Shown: positions 36,735 to 46,192 of the stretch, piece by piece
Position numbering within the stretch: position 1 is the stretch's first letter
Layout: each line of letters opens with the position of its first letter
Source of the DNA: an uncultured Pseudomonadota bacterium
Lineage (GTDB): Bacteria; Pseudomonadota; Gammaproteobacteria; Steroidobacterales; Steroidobacteraceae
Reading direction: 5' to 3'
Length of the DNA: 64,000 bases
Assembly (NCBI GenBank): GCA_963846605.1
Contig: CAWJWS010000007.1
Coordinates: forward strand, 342,299 to 406,298
Position numbers and translations under genes: made by a program
Notes under the pieces: model-generated
Databases searched by the model: none
Seen by the model: only the letters and a program-made list of their open reading frames with translations
Told to the model about the DNA's origin: nothing

Positions 36735-38161
36735 TGTCGCACCTTCCTGGGTCCACGCAAACCGACTCGAAAGCAACTCGACCGCAGAGACGGCAGACCG
36801 GCGACTCCGCAAGACACTGAGCTGGCCGCACCTGGTCGCGCTCGGCGTCGGCGCCATCGTCGGCACCGGCATCTACACGCTGACCGGCGTCGGCGCGGAT
36901 CGCGCGGGACCCGCGGTGATCCTGGCGTTCGCGATCGGCCGGCGTGGTCTGCGCCTGCGCCGCGCTCGCGTACGCCGAACTCGCGACGCTGATCCCGACG
37001 GCCGGCAGCGCGTACACCTATACGTACACCGTGCTCGGCGAGACGCTCGCCTGGATCGTCGGCTGGAGCCTGATCCTCGAGTATTCGCTCGCCTGCAGTA
37101 CGGTCGCCGTCGGCTGGTCGGCCTATCTCGTCGGCTGGCTGCAATCCGCGGGCATCGAACTACCCCACGCGTTGCTCAGCGGGTCCCCATGCCGGCGGCA
37201 TCATCAACCTGCCGGCGGTCATCGTCGCGCTGGCCGTTGCCGGCATGCTCATCGCCGGCACGCGCGAGAGCGCGACGCTCAACATCGTGCTCGTCATCAT
37301 CAAGATGACGGCGCTCGCGGCGTTCGTGCTGCTCGCCGCGCCCGCCTTCACGGCCGACAATCTCACGCCGTTCGTGCCCTATGGTTTCGGCAGTCACGTC
37401 GATGCCGACGGCGTCACGCGCGGCGTGATGGCGGCGGCGGCTATCGTCTTCTTTGCCTTCTATGGCTTCGACGCGGTGGCGACTTCCGCCGAGGAGGCGA
37501 AGAATCCAGGCCGCGATCTCACCATCGGCATCATCGGCTCGATGGCCGTGTGCACGCTCATCTACATGCTGGTCGCCGTCTCCGCGGTCGGCGCGGTCAA
37601 TCACGAGCAGGTCGGCGATTCCTCCGAGCCGCTGGCGTTCGTGCTGCGCACGCTCGAGCATCCGCTCGGCGGCCAAGCTCATCGGCGCTCGCGGCGCTGG
37701 TCGCGCTGCCGTCGGTGATCCTGGTGATGATGTACGGGCAGAGCCGCATCTTCTTCGTGATGGCGCGCGATGGCCTGCTGCCGCGGAAGCTCAGCGTCGT
37801 GTCGCAACGCGCACCGGCACGCCGGTGCTCATCACGGCGTCACCGGTGTCTTCGTGGCCGCCATCGCCGGGTTCTTCCGTCTCGACGAGATCGCCGAGCT
37901 CGCCAATGCCGGCACGCTGCTGGCATTCATCGTCGGTGGCCGCCTGCATGATGGTGTTGCGCAAGCGGTCGCCGGAGTTGCCGCGCGTGTTCCGCTGCCC
38001 GCAGCCGTATGCTCGTCGGCACGCTCGCCATCATCGGCTGCGCCTAGCTGATCTACAGCCTGCCGGGCAAGACGCTGGTCCGGTTCGCTGATCTGGAACC
38101 TCATCGGCCTGGCGTCTACCTGGCCTACAGCCGGCTGCGCAGTCCGCTGCGAGGAAAGTAG
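36734..38161 (+). pseudogene. APC-superfamily amino-acid permease, about ten frame changes plus an in-frame TAG
   Basis: The segments are LSWPHLVALGVGAIVGTGIYTLTG, AALAYAELATLIPTAGSAYTYTY, IINLPAVIVALAVAGMLIAGTRES...FFAFYGFDAVATSAEEAKNPGRD, LPSVILVMMYGQSRIFFVMARDGLLP, FRLDEIAELANAGTLLAF and MMVLRKRSPELPRVFRCP, in alternating frames. TAG 38054-56 sits where Tyr is expected (IIGCA*LIYSLPG). The start at ATG 36734 is tentative. Confidence 0.75.
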
Positions 38162-39073
38162 CTAGCGCTTCGGGCGCGCCGTCGCCAGGGCTTCGTCGAG
38201 CATCTTCACCAGTGCGTCGCGGTCGTACGAGTACGCCTGGCCTTCGTTCAGCTGCACGAGCTGCTCGATCTGCTTGCGGAGCGTGACCTCGGCCGAACGC
38301 TGGTCCGGCACCACCATGTAGCGGCGCTTCGGGTTCTCCTCGAACAGCGCGAGTTCCACGGCCTGGGCGACTTCATCGGGCTTCTTGTACTGGCTGCGGT
38401 CCGCGATCCGGGATTCCTGGCCAGTCCGCGCCGCGGCGCTCTTGCCGATCTCCGAATCGTAGTTGCCCGGTTCGACGATGCTGACCCGCACGCCCTGCGG
38501 CTCCAGCTGCAGCGCCAGTGAATCCGCGAACGCCTCGATCGCGTGTTTGCTCATGGCGTATGCCGTCCAGTCGCGACCCGAGAGAATTCCTGAAATCGAT
38601 CCCATGGTGGTGATGCGCCCCTTGCTCTCCAGGATCAGCGGCGTGAAGGCCTTGGTCATGCGGAATGGCCCGTACACGTTCACATCCACCATCAGGGTCA
38701 GTTCCTGCATGGAAGTGTCGGCCACCGTGCCCAGCGACGCGATACCGGCATTGTTCACGAGCGCGTAGAGACCGCGCCCACCCTTGGTGACCGCCACGAC
38801 CGCGGCGTCGATGTCGGCCTGCTGGGTCACATCGAGCTTGATCGGCTGGACATTCCGGATCTTGCCCAGCGCGTCGAGGTCCGCTTGCTTGCGTGCGCCG
38901 GCGTAGACGAAGTGGCCGCGCGAAGCCAGGTGTTCGGTGATCTTGCGGCCGATGCCGGTGCTCGCGCCTGTGACGAGCACGGCACGCTGGGCCGGCGCGT
39001 CCGCGGCGAACGTGACTTCCGACAGCGCCCCCGATGCCAGCATCGCCAAACAAACCGCCACGATCTTTTTCAT
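38162..39073 (-). CDS. SDR-family oxidoreductase with an N-terminal signal-peptide-like extension
   Basis: Lies within ORF 38162..39229. The internal ATG 39073 gives [27 protein letters not shown], then [16 protein letters not shown] and YAMSKHAIE. The gene is intact. Its ATG overlaps the stop of the upstream 6PGDH gene (ATGA). Confidence 0.85.
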   Translation of the reverse strand: MKKIVAVCLAMLASGALSEVTFAADAPAQRAVLVTGASTGIGRKITEHLASRGHFVYAGARKQADLDALGKIRNVQPIKLDVTQQADIDAAVVAVTKGGRGLYALVNNAGIASLGTVADTSMQELTLMVDVNVYGPFRMTKAFTPLILESKGRITTMGSISGILSGRDWTAYAMSKHAIEAFADSLALQLEPQGVRVSIVEPGNYDSEIGKSAAARTGQESRIADRSQYKKPDEVAQAVELALFEENPKRRYMVVPDQRSAEVTLRKQIEQLVQLNEGQAYSYDRDALVKMLDEALATARPKR

Positions 39074-40064
39074 GATTTCTTCTCCACGTGTCCGCCGAAT
39101 TGTTTGCGCATCGCGGAGAGTAGCCGGTCGGCGAAGTCCGCATTGCCGCGCGACTCGAACCGGCTGAACAGCGACGTGGTGATCACCGGCGCGGGCACTC
39201 CTTCTTCTATGGCCGCGGCCACCGTCCAACGGCCTTCACCCGAGTCCGAGACGCGCCCCGCGAATCCCGCCAGCGTGGAGTCTTCGGCCAGCGCGCGCGC
39301 CGTGAGATCCAGCAGCCAGGACCGGATCACGCTGCCATGACGCCAGAGTTCGGCGATCTGCGCGACGTCGAAGTCGTACTGGAAATACTCGGGATGGGCA
39401 GCGGAGTGGTCTCCGCATCCGACTCGCGTTTCTGCTTGCCGATGTTGGCGTGGTGCAGGATGTTGAACCCTTCGGCGAATGCGGCCATCACGCCGTACTC
39501 GATGCCGTTGTGGACCATCTTCACGAAGTGCCCGGCGCCCGGCGGGCCGCAGTACAGGTAGCCACGGCTCGCCGTGCCCGGGGAAGTGGCGCCATCCGCG
39601 CGCTGAGCCAGCGCGGCGAACACGGGTTCGAGCGAGGAAACCACGGCCTGATCGCCACCCATCATGAGGCAGTAACCCTGCTCGCCACCGGCCAGGCCGC
39701 CGCTGGTGCCGACGTCCACGTAGTGGATGCCCCGGCCGCGCAGCTCCGCGGCGCGGCGGATATCGTCGCGATAGTTCGAGTTTCCGCCATCGATGAGAAT
39801 GTCGCCCGGCGAGAGCAGCGGTGCGATCTTCGCGATCTCGCCATCCACCACCGCGGCCGGCACCATGAGCCAGATTGCGCGCGGCGGCTTCAGCGCGGCC
39901 ACGAGCGATTCGAGAGAGGCGACGCCGGTCACGCCGGGCTGCTGCACGGCTTTCACGGCCTCCGCGTGCAGGTCGAAGGCCACGCAGGAAACCCCCGAGG
40001 TTGCCAGGCGCTTCACCATGCTCGCGCCCATGCGTCCCAATCCGATGAATCCGAGGTGCGCCAT
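39070..40064 (-). pseudogene. gnd: 6-phosphogluconate dehydrogenase (decarboxylating, short Gnd-like form), one frameshift
   Basis: The N-part is in ORF 39327..40064 ([17 protein letters not shown]...[28 protein letters not shown]). The C-part is in the frame of ORF 39070..40140 ([31 protein letters not shown]...[12 protein letters not shown]). The junction is at CCGCTGCCCATCCC (complement of 39391-39404), where one base appears to be missing. Confidence 0.85.
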
Positions 40065-40133
40065 GATCGTCTCGCTTGAAAGCCGAAAGAACCGCAGTGT
40101 ATCGGCGCTGGCGCTCCGCAGTATCCTCCGCGC

Positions 40134-41249
40134 ATGACATTTTCCGTTCGACGCGGCCGGGCCGCGCTGCTGCTCGCCTGGTTCACGCTGTCATCCGCAT
40201 TCGCGGCGCAGCCGGACGGCCCCTACCTGCTGCGCGGCTCCGCGGGCTGGGAGGTGGTCTCCGTGGCCGTGCAGGGCGACACGCCGTCGCGCCACGCCAG
40301 GCCCATCCAGAATGGTGAGTCAGTGACCGTGCCGGCGGTGGGGTCATTACCGCCGTTCGCGGTGACGCTGCGAGGGCCGGCGGCGGACGCACCCGATGCT
40401 GTCACCACCGCTGCGAAGGCGCCGGTGTTCGTCGTCGCGGACACGCACGGCGAGTACGAAATCCTCGTGAGCATGCTGCGTGCCCACAAGATCCTGGGTT
40501 CGAAGCTCGAGTGGAAATACGGACGGGGCCATCTCGTGGTTCTCGGCGATGTCTTCGACCGCGGGCCTAACCACCTGGAGATCCTCTGGCTGCTCTACCG
40601 CCTCGAGGCGGAGGCCCGCAAGGCCGGCGGAGGCGCGCACTTCGTGCTGGGCAACCACGAAGTCATGGCGATGCGGGGCGATCTTCGCTACCTGCACGTG
40701 AAGTACGCGGACACCGCGCGCGTGCTCGGCGTGCCGGACTACGCCCGGTTGTTCGCCGCAGACAGTCTTCTCGGACAGTGGCTGCGCAGCCGGCCGGCGG
40801 TGCTGAAACTCAACGATTCGCTCTGCCTGCATGCGGGAATATCGCCCGCCCTCGTGGACAGCGGGCTCACCTTGCCCGAGATCAACGCCACGGTACGTTC
40901 GGTATTGCGCGACGAGCCGGGCGCCGGCGCCGTGGCGGACCTCGTCATGGGAATGAACGGGCCGCTCTGGTATCGCGGTTATTTCCCGGAGCAGACCGGT
41001 TTTCTCACCGCGACGTCCGCCGACGTGGACCTCGCGCTCAGGGCTTTCGGCGCGCGCCGCATCCTGATCGGCCACACCATCGTTCCCACGGTGACGCCTC
41101 TCTACGGGGGCAAGGTCATCGCCGTGCAGGTGTATCCGAAGAAGGACGAGGCCGGCCGCGTGATCTTCGAAAGCCTGTTGATTCGCAACGGCGAGCCCTG
41201 GCAGGCAGGGCTGGACGGCAGCCTGCGACGGCTGGCTCCGCCGCGGTAG
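40134..41249 (+). CDS. Secreted metallophosphoesterase (calcineurin-like)
   Basis: 371 aa with the signal [15 protein letters not shown] and motifs [23 protein letters not shown] and LIGHT. Confidence 0.85.
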   Translation: MTFSVRRGRAALLLAWFTLSSAFAAQPDGPYLLRGSAGWEVVSVAVQGDTPSRHARPIQNGESVTVPAVGSLPPFAVTLRGPAADAPDAVTTAAKAPVFVVADTHGEYEILVSMLRAHKILGSKLEWKYGRGHLVVLGDVFDRGPNHLEILWLLYRLEAEARKAGGGAHFVLGNHEVMAMRGDLRYLHVKYADTARVLGVPDYARLFAADSLLGQWLRSRPAVLKLNDSLCLHAGISPALVDSGLTLPEINATVRSVLRDEPGAGAVADLVMGMNGPLWYRGYFPEQTGFLTATSADVDLALRAFGARRILIGHTIVPTVTPLYGGKVIAVQVYPKKDEAGRVIFESLLIRNGEPWQAGLDGSLRRLAPPR

Positions 41250-42389
41250 CTAGTGCTTCGCGCGAACGCGCACGGTGGTGGTGAGCAGCTCCGGCGCGAT
41301 GTTGGCAAGGCGATTCAGAAAGGTCTGGGTCACCTCGAAGCCGCTGGGCGTGATCAGCGTTCCGACGGCAGTGCGCAATTCCTCCAGCAGTACCATGCCC
41401 GGCATCAATTGGCTGACGGGAAGGTCTGCGGACTGTTCCTTGCTCTCCGCCGTGACCACACAGGCGTCCAGCTGGCTGATGAGCTTGGGGCCGAAGCGCG
41501 TGGTGCGCGCACACAATTGGTCGCATATCGCATCGTGCGATAGCCCGCGCGCGGCCATCGCGTCGTATTCCAGGATGAGGCACAGGATCCGGGTGCCGAG
41601 GCCGATGGTCCCGTCGCCGAGCGCCGCAACCTGCGTATCGTTCCACTTGAGTGCCGCGAGGATCTGGATGACCGGCTCCAGCCTGGGGATGTGCTCGAGT
41701 AGTTTGTTGGCCATGTCGGGGACGGCGTCGACCTTGGATTGTTCCTCGGGCGTGAGCTTCTGGCCGTGGTACACCTTGTCCATGAGGGCGGGCGGCAAGG
41801 CCGCATAACCGAGCTGCGACAGCAGCGCCGCGGCTTCGAGCTGCCAGAAATCCTGAGTGCCCATGCGCGCCGCCAGCTCCATCGCGCGGCGCTTGATCTG
41901 GCCCGCGCGGCCGAACGCCACCGGGTTGGCGAGGGCCAGCACTTCCATGAGTGCCTGGATGCAGCCGAGCAGAGTCTCCTGCAACACGGCCCGTTCGGCG
42001 GCGATGAGCCTGTGCTGGATCACGCCAGCTTCGATGGCCAGCTTGAGCTCATCGGTCGGACACGGCTTGGTCAGGAAGCGGTAGATCTGTCCCTGGTTCA
42101 CCGCACGGATGGCTTCTTCGCGATCGGCCTGGCCGGTGAGCAGAATGCGGGTGGCTTCCGGACGCCGGAGCACCGACTGGTGCAGGAATGTGGCGCCATC
42201 CATCTTCGGCATGCGCATGTCCGAGATCACCACGGCCAGGTCGGGTACGTCCCGCAGCTTCTTCAGCGCGTCCTCGGCGGTGGAGGCCGTGTGGACTTCG
42301 TATTCCTTGCGCAGGACCATCGCCAGCCCCTCGACGACGCGAGGCTCGTCGTCAACGCATAGGATCCGCGGCTTCGGTTTCCCCTCCAT
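41250..42389 (-). CDS. Response regulator: REC plus a degenerate HD-GYP-like output domain
   Basis: Lies within ORF 41250..42422 (GTG). I use ATG 42389 (MEGKPKPRILCVDDE). The phospho-acceptor context is VVISDMRMP. The output domain aligns to the HD-GYP architecture but reads LSQLGY where HD is expected, and there is no GYP. Confidence 0.8.
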   Translation of the reverse strand: MEGKPKPRILCVDDEPRVVEGLAMVLRKEYEVHTASTAEDALKKLRDVPDLAVVISDMRMPKMDGATFLHQSVLRRPEATRILLTGQADREEAIRAVNQGQIYRFLTKPCPTDELKLAIEAGVIQHRLIAAERAVLQETLLGCIQALMEVLALANPVAFGRAGQIKRRAMELAARMGTQDFWQLEAAALLSQLGYAALPPALMDKVYHGQKLTPEEQSKVDAVPDMANKLLEHIPRLEPVIQILAALKWNDTQVAALGDGTIGLGTRILCLILEYDAMAARGLSHDAICDQLCARTTRFGPKLISQLDACVVTAESKEQSADLPVSQLMPGMVLLEELRTAVGTLITPSGFEVTQTFLNRLANIAPELLTTTVRVRAKH

Positions 42390-42484
42390 GAGGCGTTGAT
42401 AACCCAGAGAGGGGCGGCGCACAATCGGCGCCCATCACGATCAAGGCCGGGCCGGCGGTCCAACTACCAGCGCCGGCCCCGGAA

Positions 42485-43261
42485 TCAGCCACCCATCTGC
42501 GGCAGGTCTTTCTTCTTGTAGCCGGCGGGTACCGAGAAGGTGGCCGCGGGAATGTTGGCCTCCGTCCAGTTCTTCAACACGCTTTCCGTGCCGAAGGGCG
42601 CGCCATTCACGTAGGGGCGCGAACGGACGGGATAACCGTTGATGTCCATGCGCACCTTGGCCTGTTCCTTCGCGCCCGGCATCGCGTTCGCGAAGCTCGC
42701 GAATGCTTCGGACATCTCCTTGAAGGACCTCTGCATGTCCTCCTTGCCCGGCAGCGAGGAGAACGGCACCACGCACAGTTCTTCGGCGATCTTGCCGTCC
42801 TTGAGCAAATGCCAGACGCGGCATTTGCGTCCTTCGACGGTTTCGCTCTTGCCGGTGTCAGTCGAGGTGAACACCGGCGCCTTGCCTGCGCCACCCGGCA
42901 TCATGCCGCCCATCATCTTCTCCATCTGCGCGCGCTGCTCGGGAGGCATGCTCTTCAGCTGCTCCTGCATCTGCGCCATCGCGGCATTGGCCTTCACGGC
43001 CATGGCCTCCATCTTGGCCTTGTCCATCTCCATATAGGATTTGCGCTTGTCGTCGATGAACGTGATCACGCCACCCTTGAGCAGCAGTCCGCCTTCATCC
43101 GTGGAGGCGCGCAACGCGCCACCTTGCACTTCGACCGTGTGCGTCGCGCCTTGCGCCACCTGCGTCTTGATGTCGCGTGTGATGGTTTCGATGCGCACGC
43201 CTGCCGAGGCGGTGGCGGCCGTGGCGGCCAGTGCGGCGCCGAGAACGAGAGCCTTTTTCAT
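42485..43261 (-). CDS. Periplasmic Met-rich protein, DUF4412-like
   Basis: 258 aa with the signal MKKALVLGAALAATAATASA and a Met-rich loop MEKMMGGMMPGG. Confidence 0.65.
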   Translation of the reverse strand: MKKALVLGAALAATAATASAGVRIETITRDIKTQVAQGATHTVEVQGGALRASTDEGGLLLKGGVITFIDDKRKSYMEMDKAKMEAMAVKANAAMAQMQEQLKSMPPEQRAQMEKMMGGMMPGGAGKAPVFTSTDTGKSETVEGRKCRVWHLLKDGKIAEELCVVPFSSLPGKEDMQRSFKEMSEAFASFANAMPGAKEQAKVRMDINGYPVRSRPYVNGAPFGTESVLKNWTEANIPAATFSVPAGYKKKDLPQMGG

Positions 43262-43275
43262 GATGGCGGTCCTTG

Positions 43276-44391
43276 TCAGTTGGTCTTGACGAGCTCGACG
43301 CGGCGATTTTTCGCGCGCCCGTCGTCGGTGGAATTGTCGGCGATGGGCTTGTCGGGCCCGAAACCCTTGGAAGACAGTCGCGCGGGATCCACTCCCAGGC
43401 CGACCAGCGCGCCGAATACGCTGCGCGCGCGCGAAGCGGAAAGCTGCCGGTTGTGATCCGCGCCGCCGGTGCTGTCCGTGTGGCCCTCGATCGAAAGCTT
43501 GAGCGTAGCGTCCGAGGTCAACAGCTTGTTGATCTCGTCGATGATGGGCTGCGCATCGGGACGCAGCGTCGCCTTGTCGGTGTCGAAGTTGATGTACAGC
43601 GCGACGCGGCCCTTGGCATCGAGTTCCTTCTTCATCGCCGCGGCGTCGAGGAAGCCCAGCGAAGTCTGCATGGCCTGCTTCTCGAGCACCACGACGCGGC
43701 CCATGAGTGGAATCGAGCCGCCGGCGCCGGCATGGATCCAGTATTCCTTCGACGGCGTACGAATCAGATAGGTGTACTGCTCGGAATCCGGCACGGGCGG
43801 CGATGCGTTCCAGTGCTTCTCCACGGCTTCGCGGCCGCCGGCCGTTTTGAGCAATTCGTCGCTGAACTGTACCGAACTGATTTTCCGGCCACCCAGGCTG
43901 GTGATGGCGTTGTCGTAGTTGCGCAGGAATTCCAGCACCGTGTACACCCGGCCACCCGATGGCGGGTACTCGAGGTTGTAGCCGAAGAAGGCGATCTTGC
44001 CTTCCTGTGTGACGAGCTTGTTGCCGGCGATGAAGTAGTGGCGATCGAAGGGCTTGAGCGCATCCGACCCTTTCAGGAAATTCTCCTGGCCTTCAGGATC
44101 CTTGAAGAACGGAAAGGGTGGCAGAGACGCGGAACTCAGCGGCACGGAGCTCACATCGAATTCGGGCGATGCCGTAGTCATGGACTGGCCGGGTGCGGTG
44201 GCATCCGCGGCCGGAAGCGCGGTCGCGCCCTCGGGAGTGGAGTCGACGGACTCCATGGTCGCGGGACCCGCGGGTAGCTGGGCTTCGGCCTTGGCCGCAG
44301 CCTCGCGAGCTTCTTCGGACTCGTTCTTCTTCGAGCATCCCGCGAGGAAGATGACGGCAGCCGCGAGCACGGCAAGGAGTCGCATGGACAT
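43276..44391 (-). CDS. OmpA-C-like (peptidoglycan-binding) lipoprotein with an uncharacterised N-terminal domain
   Basis: Lies within ORF 43276..44448. ATG 44391 gives MSMRLLAVLAAAVIFLAGC. The C-terminus is INFDTDKATLRPDAQPI...IEGHTDSTGGADHNRQLSASRARSV...NRRVELV. Confidence 0.85.
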   Translation of the reverse strand: MSMRLLAVLAAAVIFLAGCSKKNESEEAREAAAKAEAQLPAGPATMESVDSTPEGATALPAADATAPGQSMTTASPEFDVSSVPLSSASLPPFPFFKDPEGQENFLKGSDALKPFDRHYFIAGNKLVTQEGKIAFFGYNLEYPPSGGRVYTVLEFLRNYDNAITSLGGRKISSVQFSDELLKTAGGREAVEKHWNASPPVPDSEQYTYLIRTPSKEYWIHAGAGGSIPLMGRVVVLEKQAMQTSLGFLDAAAMKKELDAKGRVALYINFDTDKATLRPDAQPIIDEINKLLTSDATLKLSIEGHTDSTGGADHNRQLSASRARSVFGALVGLGVDPARLSSKGFGPDKPIADNSTDDGRAKNRRVELVKTN

Positions 44392-44536
44392 CGGACCCTC
44401 CCACAAACAACCGCTGCGGACTGTGCCGCGAAATCCCGCTCCATGCAAAGGGCCAACGCGCTGTCATATGCCGCGACTATGAACTACGCACGGTCCAGCG
44501 TAGAGTTCGGCGGAACTTGCGGCTAGGGAGGCGCGC

Positions 44537-46192
44537 ATGTCCGGAGTTTCCGCATGGCTCGGCGGATCATTGGCCGTGGCTTTGATGTTTACGGGATGCG
44601 GTAGCAAACAAGAGCCCGCTGCAACGGAGGAATCCAGCGCCGCGGCCGAAGCCGCTCCCGCGCAGGAGTCCTCCCGCATCAGCCTCAGCGACAGAATCGC
44701 GGCTGAAAAGGACGCCAAGGCGCGCAAGAAAGAAGATGAGGCCATGGCCGCCATCGAGAAGATGGCGGCGAGTCCGGATGAGAAGACTCGCCACATGGCC
44801 GAGGTCATGCGGCTCCAGATCGAGGCGGATCGCGTCTCGCGCGATCCCGCTGCCACCGAGTCCCAGAAGCAGGCGGCGCAGGACAAATACATCCTCGCCA
44901 ACATGAAGTCGAACAAGCGCGATCGCAACGTGCCGCAGCCGGCACTCGATCTGCCGCCGGATTGGGCCGCCACCCATCGTGTCGAGAAAAACGCCAGGGA
45001 AGCGGAACTGCTCGTGCAGGTGGGCGATATCGACAATCTCGGCTTCGGCTGGCCGCCCGAGTTCGATCCCTTCTCCGGAAAATCCACGCCGATCCATCGG
45101 TTCCCCTGGGCTCCCGAAGCCGACGATCCGCCCGCCACCGATCGCATCATGGTGAACTCCGGTGCGCCGGTGCTGGTGAGCGCCAAGGACGGCTACACGC
45201 GCGACACGTATCGCGACGAGAATCAGCCGCAGGCGCTGGTCATCAAGTTCGACCCCGCGGGCGTGAGCATCAAGGGCGCGGTGCTGCAGCTGTTCGTCGA
45301 CGACTTCCAGGCGCCGACCATGAAGACCCGCTTCTCCGTCACGCTCGACGATCGGCCGGCGCCGGACATCGAGACCACCATCAACAAGCTCAACCAGACG
45401 GGCCCCATCGGCAAGCTGGTCACCATCAAACTACTGCCCGAATACCTGGGCCTGTTGTCCGATGGCGAGCTCGAGGTTTTCGTCGACGACCCGGCCACCA
45501 AGCGTGGCGATGGCTTCGCATTCGACTTCGCGCGGCTGCTCATCAATCCCAAGGGCTTTACGTACTCCGGCGCCATCCGTGGTATCGCCGTCGACAAGGA
45601 AACCGGTGAACCCTTGGACGGCGCGCTGGTGTCCGCGGCGAACGTGCAGAAGGCCACCACCGGAAAAGACGGGAAGTTCGAACTCAAGGAAGTGCCCGCG
45701 GGCCTGGTCGTGACCACGGGCAGCCACCCCGACTACATCACCGCCTCCGAACAAAAGGATCTCGAGGCGGGCGCGGTGGTCGACATCACGCTCCGGCTCG
45801 AGCGCGTGAAGGATGATCTCGCGGAGCGCCTCGAGAACGACGGCAAGGTGGACTTGTACGGCATCTATTTCGATACGGACAAAGCCACGCTCAAGCCGGA
45901 ATCCGAGGGCACACTCCAGCAGGTACTCGCGCTGCTGCAGTCCAAGCCTTCATTGCGCCTGGAGATCGGTGGCCATACGGATTCGCAGGCTGGCGATACC
46001 TACAACGCCGACCTTTCCAAGCGGCGCGCGCAGGCCGTGGTGAAGTGGCTTGCCGACAAGGGCATCGCAGCCAGCCGCCTGCAGGCGCAAGGTTTCGGCG
46101 AGTCCCAGCCCGTGGCCGACAATGAAACCTCGGCGGGCCGCGCGCTCAACCGGCGCGTGGAGATCCGCGATCTTTCCCGGGGAGCAAAATGA
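44537..46192 (+). CDS. Large OmpA-C-like lipoprotein (coiled-coil N-terminus, unknown central domain, CarboxypepD_reg-like fold, OmpA_C)
   Basis: 551 aa with the lipobox ALMFTGCG, then GIAVDKETGEPLDGALVSAANVQKATTGKDGKFELKEVPAG and IYFDTDKATLKPES...IGGHTDSQAGDTYNADLSKRRAQAV...NRRVEI. Confidence 0.85.
   Translation: MSGVSAWLGGSLAVALMFTGCGSKQEPAATEESSAAAEAAPAQESSRISLSDRIAAEKDAKARKKEDEAMAAIEKMAASPDEKTRHMAEVMRLQIEADRVSRDPAATESQKQAAQDKYILANMKSNKRDRNVPQPALDLPPDWAATHRVEKNAREAELLVQVGDIDNLGFGWPPEFDPFSGKSTPIHRFPWAPEADDPPATDRIMVNSGAPVLVSAKDGYTRDTYRDENQPQALVIKFDPAGVSIKGAVLQLFVDDFQAPTMKTRFSVTLDDRPAPDIETTINKLNQTGPIGKLVTIKLLPEYLGLLSDGELEVFVDDPATKRGDGFAFDFARLLINPKGFTYSGAIRGIAVDKETGEPLDGALVSAANVQKATTGKDGKFELKEVPAGLVVTTGSHPDYITASEQKDLEAGAVVDITLRLERVKDDLAERLENDGKVDLYGIYFDTDKATLKPESEGTLQQVLALLQSKPSLRLEIGGHTDSQAGDTYNADLSKRRAQAVVKWLADKGIAASRLQAQGFGESQPVADNETSAGRALNRRVEIRDLSRGAK

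Noticed and set aside
32748-38161. Programmed ribosomal frameshifting or recoding as an explanation for the broken hydroxyproline genes
   Set aside because: There are far too many shifts (about 37), spread over five unrelated genes, with no slippery heptamers or conserved stimulatory structures at the junctions I inspected.
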